Below are positions 10,502-19,297 of a DNA stretch of 64,000 nt, in pieces; within the stretch, counting starts at the first letter, position 1; each line of letters starts with the position of its first letter. Origin of the DNA: an uncultured Verrucomicrobiota bacterium (GTDB lineage: Bacteria > Verrucomicrobiota > Verrucomicrobiia > Limisphaerales > AAA164-E04); the NCBI GenBank assembly GCA_964342825.1, contig CAYFHO010000006.1, forward strand, positions 62,267 to 126,266, given 5' to 3'. Below the pieces are notes generated by a model. It ran no database searches. It saw only the letters and a list, made by a program, of their open reading frames with translations, and was not told the DNA's origin. The translations under genes were made by a program, and so were the position numbers.

Positions 10502-11848
10502 ATGAACCGACGTAAATTTTTAAAAACAGGAGCAGCGGGCATCGCGGCTTCAACGATCAATCAGGAAGCATTTGCTGAACTCATTAACGGCAAACCTAAA
10601 AGAGTGGGACTGATCGGAACCGGGTGGTATGGGAAGGCAGATTTGCTGCGCCTGATCCAGGTGGCTCCAGTGGATGTAGTTTCGTTGTGTGATGTCGACA
10701 GCAAACTGCTCTCGGAAGCCGCTGAAATCGTTGCAGGCCGACAAAAATCAGGGAAGAAACCACGCACTTTCTCGGATTACCGCACCATGCTTGCCGAAAA
10801 AGATCTGGATATCGTGCTTATCGCAACTCCGGATCACTGGCATGCCCTGAACATGATTGAAGCGGTGAAATCCGGCGCGGATGTCTATGTGCAAAAACCG
10901 ATCAGTGTCGATATCGCGGAGGGTCATGCCATGCTGAAAGCAGCCCGGCAACATGGTCGAGTCGTCCAGGTAGGCACTCAACGCCGCAGCACACCCCATC
11001 TGATTGAGGCCAAAGAACAAATCATTGAATCAGGAAAACTGGGTAAAATCGCGCATGCAGAAATTTGTTGTTACTATCATATGCGCAACAGATCCAATCC
11101 ACCCGATATTGCCCCTCCTTCCCATCTGGATTACGAAATGTGGACCGGACCTGCTCCCATGCGTCCATACAACAACATCGTACACCAACGAGGATGGCGG
11201 GCGTTCATGGAATACGGAAACGGTATCGTGGGAGACATGTGCATCCACATGCTGGATACCGTTCGTTGGATGCTCGATCTCGGGTGGCCTGTCAGCGTGT
11301 CATCGAGTGGCGGCATCCTGGTGGACAAGAAAGCCAAGGCGAACATTTCAGACACTCAAACCGCCACTTTTGATTTCAAGGATTTGCAGGTTGTCTGGCA
11401 ACACCGTTCCTGGGGACACTCGCCCGATCCTGACTATCCTTGGGCCTTATTCCTTTATGGTGAGAAAGGAACATTAAAAGCCAGCGTCAACAGCTACGAC
11501 TTCATTCCACGCGATAGAAATGAAAAACCAATTCACAAGGATGTGGTGATGGAGCTAGATCAATACCCTGAAGATCGGGATGAAAAAGATCTGGAACGCC
11601 ATGTTGCACCGGCCATTCGTGGGCACATGGTAGATTTTCTTAATGCCATTGCTACTCGCGGCAAACCCGTCGCGGATATAGAACAAGGGCATATTTCCAC
11701 GACCAGTTGCATCCTGGCAAATATGTCAATGGACCTCGGTCGAACCCTTCATTGGGATGCTTCTTCAGGCAGGGTTCTCAATGATGCGGAAGCCAATCGT
11801 CAACTAGCCAGGGTTTATCGCGCGCCCTGGAAACACCCTGGTGCGTAA
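10502..11848 (+). CDS. Gfo/Idh/MocA family oxidoreductase with twin-arginine signal
   Basis: MNRRKFLKTGAAGIAAS TAT-type signal, VGLIGTGWYG Rossmann motif, and EKPIS-like QKPIS. Confidence 0.85.
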   Translation: MNRRKFLKTGAAGIAASTINQEAFAELINGKPKRVGLIGTGWYGKADLLRLIQVAPVDVVSLCDVDSKLLSEAAEIVAGRQKSGKKPRTFSDYRTMLAEKDLDIVLIATPDHWHALNMIEAVKSGADVYVQKPISVDIAEGHAMLKAARQHGRVVQVGTQRRSTPHLIEAKEQIIESGKLGKIAHAEICCYYHMRNRSNPPDIAPPSHLDYEMWTGPAPMRPYNNIVHQRGWRAFMEYGNGIVGDMCIHMLDTVRWMLDLGWPVSVSSSGGILVDKKAKANISDTQTATFDFKDLQVVWQHRSWGHSPDPDYPWALFLYGEKGTLKASVNSYDFIPRDRNEKPIHKDVVMELDQYPEDRDEKDLERHVAPAIRGHMVDFLNAIATRGKPVADIEQGHISTTSCILANMSMDLGRTLHWDASSGRVLNDAEANRQLARVYRAPWKHPGA

Positions 11849-11884
11849 GCGCCGAAAAGCTCTTCTTTAAACCTTATCAAGTGG

Positions 11885-11920
11885 GGATCACTGAACTTCG
11901 ATGTTCAGTGATCCTTTTTT
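11885..11920 (+). terminator. rho-independent terminator
   Basis: Perfect 12-bp stem ggatcactgaac / gttcagtgatcc, 6-nt loop, then tttttt. It lies 37 nt after the oxidoreductase stop. Confidence 0.85.
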
Positions 11921-11963
11921 ATGCAGCTTAATTGTTTCGCTTTGGGAATAAACCCTGCTTAAG

Positions 11964-12932
11964 ATGGCTCGCTCTAAAATGAATCGATTTGATCAACAAT
12001 TAGCAGCGCACTCCATCCGTCTGGATCGAAATGGACTGGACACACTGCAGATCAATGTAGGGCGAAAATGCAATCAAGCTTGTCGCCACTGTCATGTGGA
12101 CGCTGCTCCCTGGCGCACTGAAATGATGGACGGAGTAACGGCGAATAAGGTCATCGATTGGATTCAGAAATTCCGCCCAAAAAATGTCGACATCACCGGA
12201 GGGGCACCCGAGATCAGTGATCACTTTCGCAGATTCGTGACAGAATCCAAAGCGGCTGGCTGCCATGTCATGGACAGGAATAATCTGACCATCCTGGAGG
12301 AACCCGGCTATGAGGATCTTCACCTTTTTCTTGCGGAACACGAGGTGGAAGTCATTGCCTCACTGCCATGTTATACGCCGGATAATGTTTCCAAACAGCG
12401 AGGGCAAGGCGTATTTGAGAAAAGTATCAGAGGCCTGCAAAAGCTCAACAGCCTTGGCTATGGCACTGATAAATTGAAATTAAATCTTGTCTACAATCCC
12501 CTTGGCCCAAAGCTTCCGGGGCCACAGGCCGAGCTGGAAAGGGACTATAAGGATATCCTGAAAAAAGAATTTGGAATTCGATTCAATCAACTTTTCTGCA
12601 TCACCAATCAACCCATTGCGCGTTTTGCCGAAGACTTAAGAAAAGAAGGGCAATTGGAATCGTATATGAACCTGCTCATAGATTCCTTCAATCCTGGCAC
12701 AACCGATTCCCTCATGTGCCGTACTACCTTAAGTGTTGGTTACCTGGGCGAAGTATATGATTGTGACTTTAATCAAATGCTGAACATGCAGATGCGCAAC
12801 GGAAAGCTTTTGTTTTTGTGGGACATCACCCCATCGCGATGGCAAGGCATTCAAATTAAAACCGGGAATCATTGTCTGGCATGTTCTGCTGGCGAGGGGA
12901 GCAGTTGCACTGGGACTTTAACTCCAAATTGA
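11964..12932 (+). CDS. radical SAM / Cys-rich domain protein (ArsS family)
   Basis: LQINVGRKCNQACRHCHVDA (CxxxCxxC), ITGGAPE, and a C-terminal Cys-rich tail NHCLACSAGEGSSCTG, as in the radical SAM/Cys-rich (arsenosugar ArsS-type) family. Confidence 0.7.
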   Translation: MARSKMNRFDQQLAAHSIRLDRNGLDTLQINVGRKCNQACRHCHVDAAPWRTEMMDGVTANKVIDWIQKFRPKNVDITGGAPEISDHFRRFVTESKAAGCHVMDRNNLTILEEPGYEDLHLFLAEHEVEVIASLPCYTPDNVSKQRGQGVFEKSIRGLQKLNSLGYGTDKLKLNLVYNPLGPKLPGPQAELERDYKDILKKEFGIRFNQLFCITNQPIARFAEDLRKEGQLESYMNLLIDSFNPGTTDSLMCRTTLSVGYLGEVYDCDFNQMLNMQMRNGKLLFLWDITPSRWQGIQIKTGNHCLACSAGEGSSCTGTLTPN

Positions 12933-14061
12933 GCCAGTTACCAACATGCTCAGCCCAAAGCCGACCATGCTCAAGAAGTCCGGCCTGACTGAAATGCACT
13001 CCCTGCCCATTGTTATCTCTAAAGTGTCCTTTAAGGGTATCCGTATCGGGACCCTGAAGCGCAATTCCGTCTGACCAAAGTGAAGCTTGAGCCAGTCGAA
13101 TGTCAGGAGAGCTTTCATCTCCAGGATTGTGATAACTCACTTGTGCTACGAACCATGGAGCAGGCCACCCGATAACCTCATTGGCAGAATCAATCAGATT
13201 CTCCAAATACTCACGATATAGTTTCCCTGGCAAGGTTCGAGTGGGATCTTTCTGATTTGCATCACTTTCACCCTGATGCCACAACAAGGCCCGGAATCTT
13301 CCACCTGGTAATGCCTGAATTCGATGAATGAGTTGATTAAAAGCCTCACCATCACTTGCCCACTCGCCATCGGGCAATGACTTCACCCGGCCGGTCAAGG
13401 TTGGGGGATTTGGAAATCTTGAATTTTTGGGGAGCCATTCCCTGACACTTGTCGCTCCAATTCCACAGGACACGATACCGATGGGAACCTGAAATCTCCG
13501 ACACATTTCATCTCCAAATGGAGGAATAAAACTGCCCCTGTTACCGCTGGCTCCTGGTTGCGGATCCTTTGCTAATTGCCAGCGAATGCCATCAAATGAA
13601 GAAACTTTCCCGGTGTGCGGCTGAAGGCGCTTCGCTCCGTGATTAGCCGAATTGGACTGACCGGCAACCACAAAAATTTCTCCAATCCCTACATGAGGAA
13701 TGGTGTATTGACTCAGGGGAACATTCTCCTCAGTCACCCTTAAATTCAACTCGTACCAACCTCCAGCAGGAGCAGTCACCGAAGCATCAAAATTACCATC
13801 GTTCAGGATGACCAACGGTAGATTCACCCAGACATTTTCTGCCCCTTTACCCCATCGGTACTGCAGCTGGAGACCTGTTGTTGTCAGTCCCCGCAAGCTG
13901 CCATTAATTTTAATTTCACCGTGGTGGCTGGAGTTTCGTTGAAACACTTGATAATCCACGGGAGATTGAACCAACCACTGAATATCTGCCTGCAGGAGGC
14001 ATCCACAAAAAAAGGAAAGAATGATCGAAGGAATATGGGAAACCTGGCTTTTCCATTTCAT
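12856..14061 (-). CDS. sialate O-acetylesterase-like SGNH/DUF303 esterase, secreted
   Basis: VVAGQSNSANHG and LLWHQGESDAN motifs. Start set at MKWKSQ.. (14061) because the PFOR terminator occupies 14114-14152. Confidence 0.75.
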   Translation of the reverse strand: MKWKSQVSHIPSIILSFFCGCLLQADIQWLVQSPVDYQVFQRNSSHHGEIKINGSLRGLTTTGLQLQYRWGKGAENVWVNLPLVILNDGNFDASVTAPAGGWYELNLRVTEENVPLSQYTIPHVGIGEIFVVAGQSNSANHGAKRLQPHTGKVSSFDGIRWQLAKDPQPGASGNRGSFIPPFGDEMCRRFQVPIGIVSCGIGATSVREWLPKNSRFPNPPTLTGRVKSLPDGEWASDGEAFNQLIHRIQALPGGRFRALLWHQGESDANQKDPTRTLPGKLYREYLENLIDSANEVIGWPAPWFVAQVSYHNPGDESSPDIRLAQASLWSDGIALQGPDTDTLKGHFRDNNGQGVHFSQAGLLEHGRLWAEHVGNWLNLELKSQCNCSPRQQNMPDNDSRF

Positions 14062-14113
14062 AAAACTATTCTGCATCCCAAACCAAAACTGTCGATGTAA
14101 TCTAGTGAGTAGT

Positions 14114-14152
14114 AAAAGAAAAAACCTGCCCGACAATCAAAGTCGGACAGGT
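14114..14152 (-). terminator. rho-independent terminator of the PFOR gene
   Basis: On the minus strand: acctgtccgac..gtcgggcaggt (10 of 11 bp) followed by a T-rich run (tttttcttttact). It begins 44 nt after the PFOR stop. Confidence 0.7.
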
Positions 14153-14195
14153 GATGCAATTCTATGAATCGTATTCGTCAGTGGAAGCGGAGTCC

Positions 14196-17100
14196 TTATT
14201 TCAAGGCTTCCAGCTCCGCTTCAAACAACTCACGCGTGCGCCCCAACAAATCAGATACCTCGATCTTTCCAGCATCGACTTTCTTGATCAACTCGCGCTG
14301 AGCCCGGTAATCTTTGTTGTCCACACCAGCTTTGCTTTGCAGCATACGCCAGGCTTTGCGTCGTTCGACGGCGAAAAGTACCATTTGGCGAGATACGGCA
14401 AAGTAACGCATTTTACCCCCAATCTCAGCCTTGATGTAAGCGCCGAAGTTGGGAACGTAGGATCGGTGGTTTTCGTCGAATACCTTTCGATGGGTTACGT
14501 CATCCTGAGTCACGCAAAGCAATACATCGTCAAAATGGATGAACTCCTTGGCTTCTTCCTCTTTGATCTCCTTGATGTGTTTGCGGAAACGAGCCTCGGT
14601 CAAAGCCCAATGAGCAACGGTGTAATTATATTTCTCACCGTTGGAAGCATACTTGGTTTCCCACCAATCACGATTTGGAGTGGGATTCCCCTTCAAGTTG
14701 AAAGCTTCCTGAGATGTTTCACCTTCGCGAGGATTGAACACAAACTCGGGCATGGCGCGTGAGTCGCGTGCAAGTTTGGCCTGGTCTGCAGACATATGAT
14801 CAGGCACACCATGCTCGGGTTGGCACGTGGTGTATGACTGGAAGAATGCCGTTCCACGATACTCAAGTCCATCCAGCATTGCCTTATACATTTTCGCGGC
14901 ATTAGCCATCGAAACCTGGGCTACGAATGGCGAACCGTGTCCTGAAGTAAAGGCTTCGGCAACGTTTTTCTTCTCAGTCAATTTACCCTGAGAAGCCGCA
15001 CCAAACTGATTCATGTCGTATCCACCCAACATGGTTGAGGAATCTGAATTCTGACCACCCGTGTTGGAATAAACCTGCGTATCGAGCATGAGAATCTTCA
15101 CGTTGGGTCTATTTTGCAGAATCACCTTGGAAACGTTCTGGAATCCAATATCCCCGAGTGCACCATCACCACCAATAACCCAGACTTTTGGCAATTCGCG
15201 CAATTCCTGTTCGGTCATCATGGCGTCATCCAGTCGAGTTAGAATGAAATACTCTTTTTCGGAGATGACCGATTCCTCGCGTTGCAACAAAGCATCGCTT
15301 AAGCGTTCCGGCACCACTGAGCGACGAGCATGATTGAGTATCAACGCCTCACCCATCAACCAACTGATGGTCGATCCATCCTGGAAGAGAGAATTCATCC
15401 AGGGATAAGGATGTGGATTTCCTGGAGGGGTGGATCCATAGACGGTGTTACACCCAGTGCTGGCTCCCATGAACATCACTGACTGACCCCGTGCATCGCG
15501 ACCATCCAGTGCCTGAAGATCCTTGTGATTGAATGCATCCTGACGCATCACCGCAACCAAACCATTGATGATCTCATCATCAGAAATCGGTCCATGCTGC
15601 TCAAGTCGATGGGTGGTATCCTCATCCGATTCACCCCCCAGTCCCATCACCACATGCGCGACTGTTCGTTTGAACAAATCGTATGCAGCAGGATCGGAGC
15701 TCTGTAACTTCTGAAGTCTTGTCACACCTTCCGCTTCCATTACATCGGCTTTGGCGCGTAGGCGGTCGGCCTTCTTGTGATAAAGTGGCCGCATGTAAGC
15801 TTCAGTCACGGAAGCCACGGCATGAAGCACCGACTTTTCACCACAACCAGCACAAGCACCATCACCAGAAACCAGAGCCTCGTAATTTCGACGAACCATC
15901 ATGTGGTTACGAAGTGCAGCTTCACGAGAATCCTGTGGAGCATCGTCCTGATAAAGTCCGAGGAATTTCTGCGGAGTATCGGGAAGCAAGCGAGAGAAGA
16001 TTTGAGCTGTTGTCAGTTGAGCATTCAGCTCTTCGGTTTCAACCGTCATTCTCAGCGCGTCGTGATCACCGCAAACCTGTACGCACTCGCCACAACCTTT
16101 GCAAAGGTCTGAAACAAAGATGGAGAACAATCCACCATTTCCGGGGCTTTTCTTTTCAACTGCACGGAAGATGGCAGTGACGTTGCTGTAAGCCAACGGG
16201 AGCTTCGCGATAATGCCTGTGAACTCTGTCTTGGTTGCTTCAGACAGTTTGTCGACCTTGGCAACCAATTCACTGATGATCTCGCTGAAAGGTTTGTTGC
16301 TCTTGGCTTCAACACTCTCAATCATTTGTTCACGCGCCTGCTTTTCAATGTCAGGGATGGCATGAAGCAAGGCGACGCGTTCTTCAGGATTGCTGATGTA
16401 ATTTCGAGCGGCGGTGCTGAGAATGGTTTCGATATCCTGGGAAGTGTTTGGAAGAGCCGTATCCGGGCAAGCCGTGATACATTCCATACACTGAGTACAA
16501 TTCTCGGCGATATAAACCGGAGTTTCCCTTCGAGCCACATATTTGGACTGAGTCGCTCCTGTTCCGGAAGCCATGATTCCCATGGCAGAAAGAGCACTGG
16601 CAGGTTGATGGTATCCAAGGCCATTTCTGAACTCTGAATCAAATTTAGCCAAGGTCTGCACTGGAGCACGTTCCGGTTGTTCTTCTGGAGGTTCGCAGGA
16701 ACTGCAACCGGATTCCCCACAACCGGCAGTTGGGGGAATATAATGATCACCCTGTGGAGCCAAAGGCGACTGCCTCATGCTCGAGGTGTCGGGATCTTCA
16801 ATTTCCCCATAAGTAATTTCCTGGGTCAGATTGAAGCCTTGGGTCATCACCTCCATATTGGAAGAAACTACGGCGTCACCAAAGCGACCGAATTTCTTCT
16901 CATATTGTTTCTGAACAATGTCACGGAACTGTTCTTCAGTAATGTTGTTGTCGTCCAGGAAGGATGAAACCCTGAAGAAGGCCCCGAGGAAAGAGTTACC
17001 TTGCATACGCAACTGCAGATCCTGACGCGAGGTCGCATTACGAGCAATCTGGAAGCCTGGAAGGATAAAGATTCGGATATTATTATCCTTCACAAACTTG

Positions 17101-18944
17101 CGATATTTCTTAGGAACCCTCTGCCAAGCCGTTTCAGGCGAGTCACTGGATTCCCATACCAGACACCCTCCGGGATTCAACCCTTCCAAAGGATTGGTGT
17201 GGGTGAATGCTTTTGGATCGCAACAGAGAACGACATCCACATGGTTCAATTCGCAATTAACGCGAATAGGCTTGGGAGCAACAACTAGATAGTAGTTGGT
17301 GGGTGCCCCTTTCTTTTCCGAACCATATTTGGGATTGGCACTGACGAAAAGTTTGTCTTCAAGTGCGCCAAATGCATCGTAAGTAGGATCCTTTTTGGAA
17401 ATCACATCACCGAACTCACCAATGATGGAGCCCAGATTTTTTCCAGTGGTAATCATACCCCAACCACCGATGGAGTGGAATCGAACCGCAATGGCTTTGT
17501 CTGGAAGAAGTGATGGTGTCGATTTGGAAATCACGGAATAAGGATGGTCAACCCCCAAGACAAAATAGGTTTCCCCATCATCGAGCCCCTTGCCATCCTT
17601 GCGTTTGGTTTTACCCTGCGAATATTCGTAAGCTCCAAGGATGTGTTCAGGGCGGAAATCACGACTTCCAATGCCGTAAGATCCCCTCAGGATCAATGGA
17701 CGTTCCTCAGGTTTCATGGGAGGAAGTGTCCCCTTGTAGCGATGCGCTTCCACGCCTTTGCTTAAGGCACCACGAATGTCACGAGCAAGCGGATTATCAC
17801 CTGAAAGTCCCTCATCGGTTCGTTCCAGAACGATGACGTTTTTCTTGCCGCGCAAGGCTTCAATCACAGCAGCCTCCGGGAAAGGTCGAATCACATTGAT
17901 GTGAACGGAACCGACTTTGGCATCTTCTGTTTCACGAAGGTGATCCACTGCTTCTTCAATGTTTTCAGCAGCACAACCCAAAGTGACGAAAACCGTATCA
18001 GCATCCTCGGTTTTGTAAGTGGAAACCAAGCCATAATGGCGGCCAGTCAAATCCCCAAATTCTTTATAAGCATCCTCAAGGAAACCTAGAATGGGTTCAT
18101 TGAAATTGTTGCGTCTGGAGACGACACCGTTCATGTGGTGTTCCTGATTCTGAACCGGTCCAAGAAGGACCGGGTGTTTCAGGTCCATCATTTCCGGCAC
18201 GCGACGACGTTTGGGGCCGAATAGCTCTTGCTGGGCTGGAGTCGGACTGTCGATCATGTCCCATGGAGCACCAAGATATTCTCTGAGGAAGTCAGCTTCC
18301 GGGGCATAAAAGGTACGCTCGGAGTGGGTCGTGAGCATGCCGTCCTGGATGTTCATTCCAGGATTCAGGGCAAGTTCGCATACCTTGCGCAGAATAATGG
18401 CCTGGTCAGCAGCCTGTTGAGCGGTTTTACCCATGAGCATGATCCAGCCGGTGTCAAGCGCAGCATAGAAATCATCATGGCCACAGTGAACATTCAAGGC
18501 ATGCTTGGTCAGCGCACGGGCCCCGACTTCGAGTACCATGGTCGAACCCTTGCCAGGTGCGTGGTAGTATTGCTCCATGGCATAGACAATCCCCTGCCCT
18601 GAAGTAAAATTAACAGCACGTTTGCCGGTGACTGAAAATGCCGTCGCCCCGCCTTGCGCGGCATGCTCACCTTCACATTCGATAGCAATTTTTTGCTGAC
18701 CAAATACGTTGAGTTCACCCTGAGCAAAAGATTGTTGATACAGCTCGCCACCTTCGGTGGAAGGGGTGATCGGGTAAAAAATCCCGCCTTCAGTGATGCG
18801 GGTTTCGACATGTTGGGTAACCAATTGGTTCCCGTTGCAAGTAAGCCGAATGCCAGGATATTTTGGCTTTTTGCCTTCGCCGCTTCCGGTCGACGCTCCG
18901 CCATCGGCGGCATTGGTGTTAGACACGGTTGTTTGATTTGCCAT
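14196..18944 (-). CDS. pyruvate:ferredoxin (flavodoxin) oxidoreductase, fused single-chain type, unusually long (1582 aa)
   Basis: YPITPSTEGGE (domain I), GGWGMITTGKNLG (gamma domain), two ferredoxin motifs CTQCMECITACP and CKGCGECVQVCG, and the TPP motif GGDGALGDIGFQN. Confidence 0.9.
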   Translation of the reverse strand: MANQTTVSNTNAADGGASTGSGEGKKPKYPGIRLTCNGNQLVTQHVETRITEGGIFYPITPSTEGGELYQQSFAQGELNVFGQQKIAIECEGEHAAQGGATAFSVTGKRAVNFTSGQGIVYAMEQYYHAPGKGSTMVLEVGARALTKHALNVHCGHDDFYAALDTGWIMLMGKTAQQAADQAIILRKVCELALNPGMNIQDGMLTTHSERTFYAPEADFLREYLGAPWDMIDSPTPAQQELFGPKRRRVPEMMDLKHPVLLGPVQNQEHHMNGVVSRRNNFNEPILGFLEDAYKEFGDLTGRHYGLVSTYKTEDADTVFVTLGCAAENIEEAVDHLRETEDAKVGSVHINVIRPFPEAAVIEALRGKKNVIVLERTDEGLSGDNPLARDIRGALSKGVEAHRYKGTLPPMKPEERPLILRGSYGIGSRDFRPEHILGAYEYSQGKTKRKDGKGLDDGETYFVLGVDHPYSVISKSTPSLLPDKAIAVRFHSIGGWGMITTGKNLGSIIGEFGDVISKKDPTYDAFGALEDKLFVSANPKYGSEKKGAPTNYYLVVAPKPIRVNCELNHVDVVLCCDPKAFTHTNPLEGLNPGGCLVWESSDSPETAWQRVPKKYRKFVKDNNIRIFILPGFQIARNATSRQDLQLRMQGNSFLGAFFRVSSFLDDNNITEEQFRDIVQKQYEKKFGRFGDAVVSSNMEVMTQGFNLTQEITYGEIEDPDTSSMRQSPLAPQGDHYIPPTAGCGESGCSSCEPPEEQPERAPVQTLAKFDSEFRNGLGYHQPASALSAMGIMASGTGATQSKYVARRETPVYIAENCTQCMECITACPDTALPNTSQDIETILSTAARNYISNPEERVALLHAIPDIEKQAREQMIESVEAKSNKPFSEIISELVAKVDKLSEATKTEFTGIIAKLPLAYSNVTAIFRAVEKKSPGNGGLFSIFVSDLCKGCGECVQVCGDHDALRMTVETEELNAQLTTAQIFSRLLPDTPQKFLGLYQDDAPQDSREAALRNHMMVRRNYEALVSGDGACAGCGEKSVLHAVASVTEAYMRPLYHKKADRLRAKADVMEAEGVTRLQKLQSSDPAAYDLFKRTVAHVVMGLGGESDEDTTHRLEQHGPISDDEIINGLVAVMRQDAFNHKDLQALDGRDARGQSVMFMGASTGCNTVYGSTPPGNPHPYPWMNSLFQDGSTISWLMGEALILNHARRSVVPERLSDALLQREESVISEKEYFILTRLDDAMMTEQELRELPKVWVIGGDGALGDIGFQNVSKVILQNRPNVKILMLDTQVYSNTGGQNSDSSTMLGGYDMNQFGAASQGKLTEKKNVAEAFTSGHGSPFVAQVSMANAAKMYKAMLDGLEYRGTAFFQSYTTCQPEHGVPDHMSADQAKLARDSRAMPEFVFNPREGETSQEAFNLKGNPTPNRDWWETKYASNGEKYNYTVAHWALTEARFRKHIKEIKEEEAKEFIHFDDVLLCVTQDDVTHRKVFDENHRSYVPNFGAYIKAEIGGKMRYFAVSRQMVLFAVERRKAWRMLQSKAGVDNKDYRAQRELIKKVDAGKIEVSDLLGRTRELFEAELEALK

Positions 18945-19297
18945 AATTTAAAAATTCCCAAAAAGAATAGGTCAATGATAGTTCCACGCCAAATTAACCC
19001 TAAGATCCCTCAAATCGCCCCATTTTCAAGTAATCAATCTACCTCTGCAAGCGGATTTTGGTGAAACGTCTGTGACATGGGACACCCCCACAGATACTGA
19101 AAAACCAAATTACCCGTAAAGCTAACTGTCGGGACGGTCAATTAGCATTTTCCAAAATATTGTTAACGATAAAGAACAGAGGCAACATTCTTTTCTTTAA
19201 AAACCTGATTTAGAAAAAAAATGGTCAAAAATCTATTTTTCCTCTGAGACGCACAACTCAATCTGTACCGATCAAAACGATTAAGAGAAAGCAGCCC

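Noticed and set aside
12856-12932. 77-nt convergent overlap of the ArsS-family gene and the esterase gene, as a possible annotation error or antisense regulation.
   Set aside because: Both reading frames carry family motifs up to near their ends, and no alternative earlier stop exists. It may be real, but there is no evidence of function beyond compact packing.
14151-14762. Long antisense ORFs inside large genes: 14151-14762 (+), 20558-21139 (+), 24818-25237 (-), 33421-34266 (+), 57868-58545 (+), 5237-5755 (+).
   Set aside because: Each lies fully inside, and opposite to, a gene with strong family motifs (PFOR, secA, rny, A2M, kinase-WD40, secreted protein). Their translations are low-complexity or Ser/Arg/His-rich with no motifs, so they are shadow ORFs.
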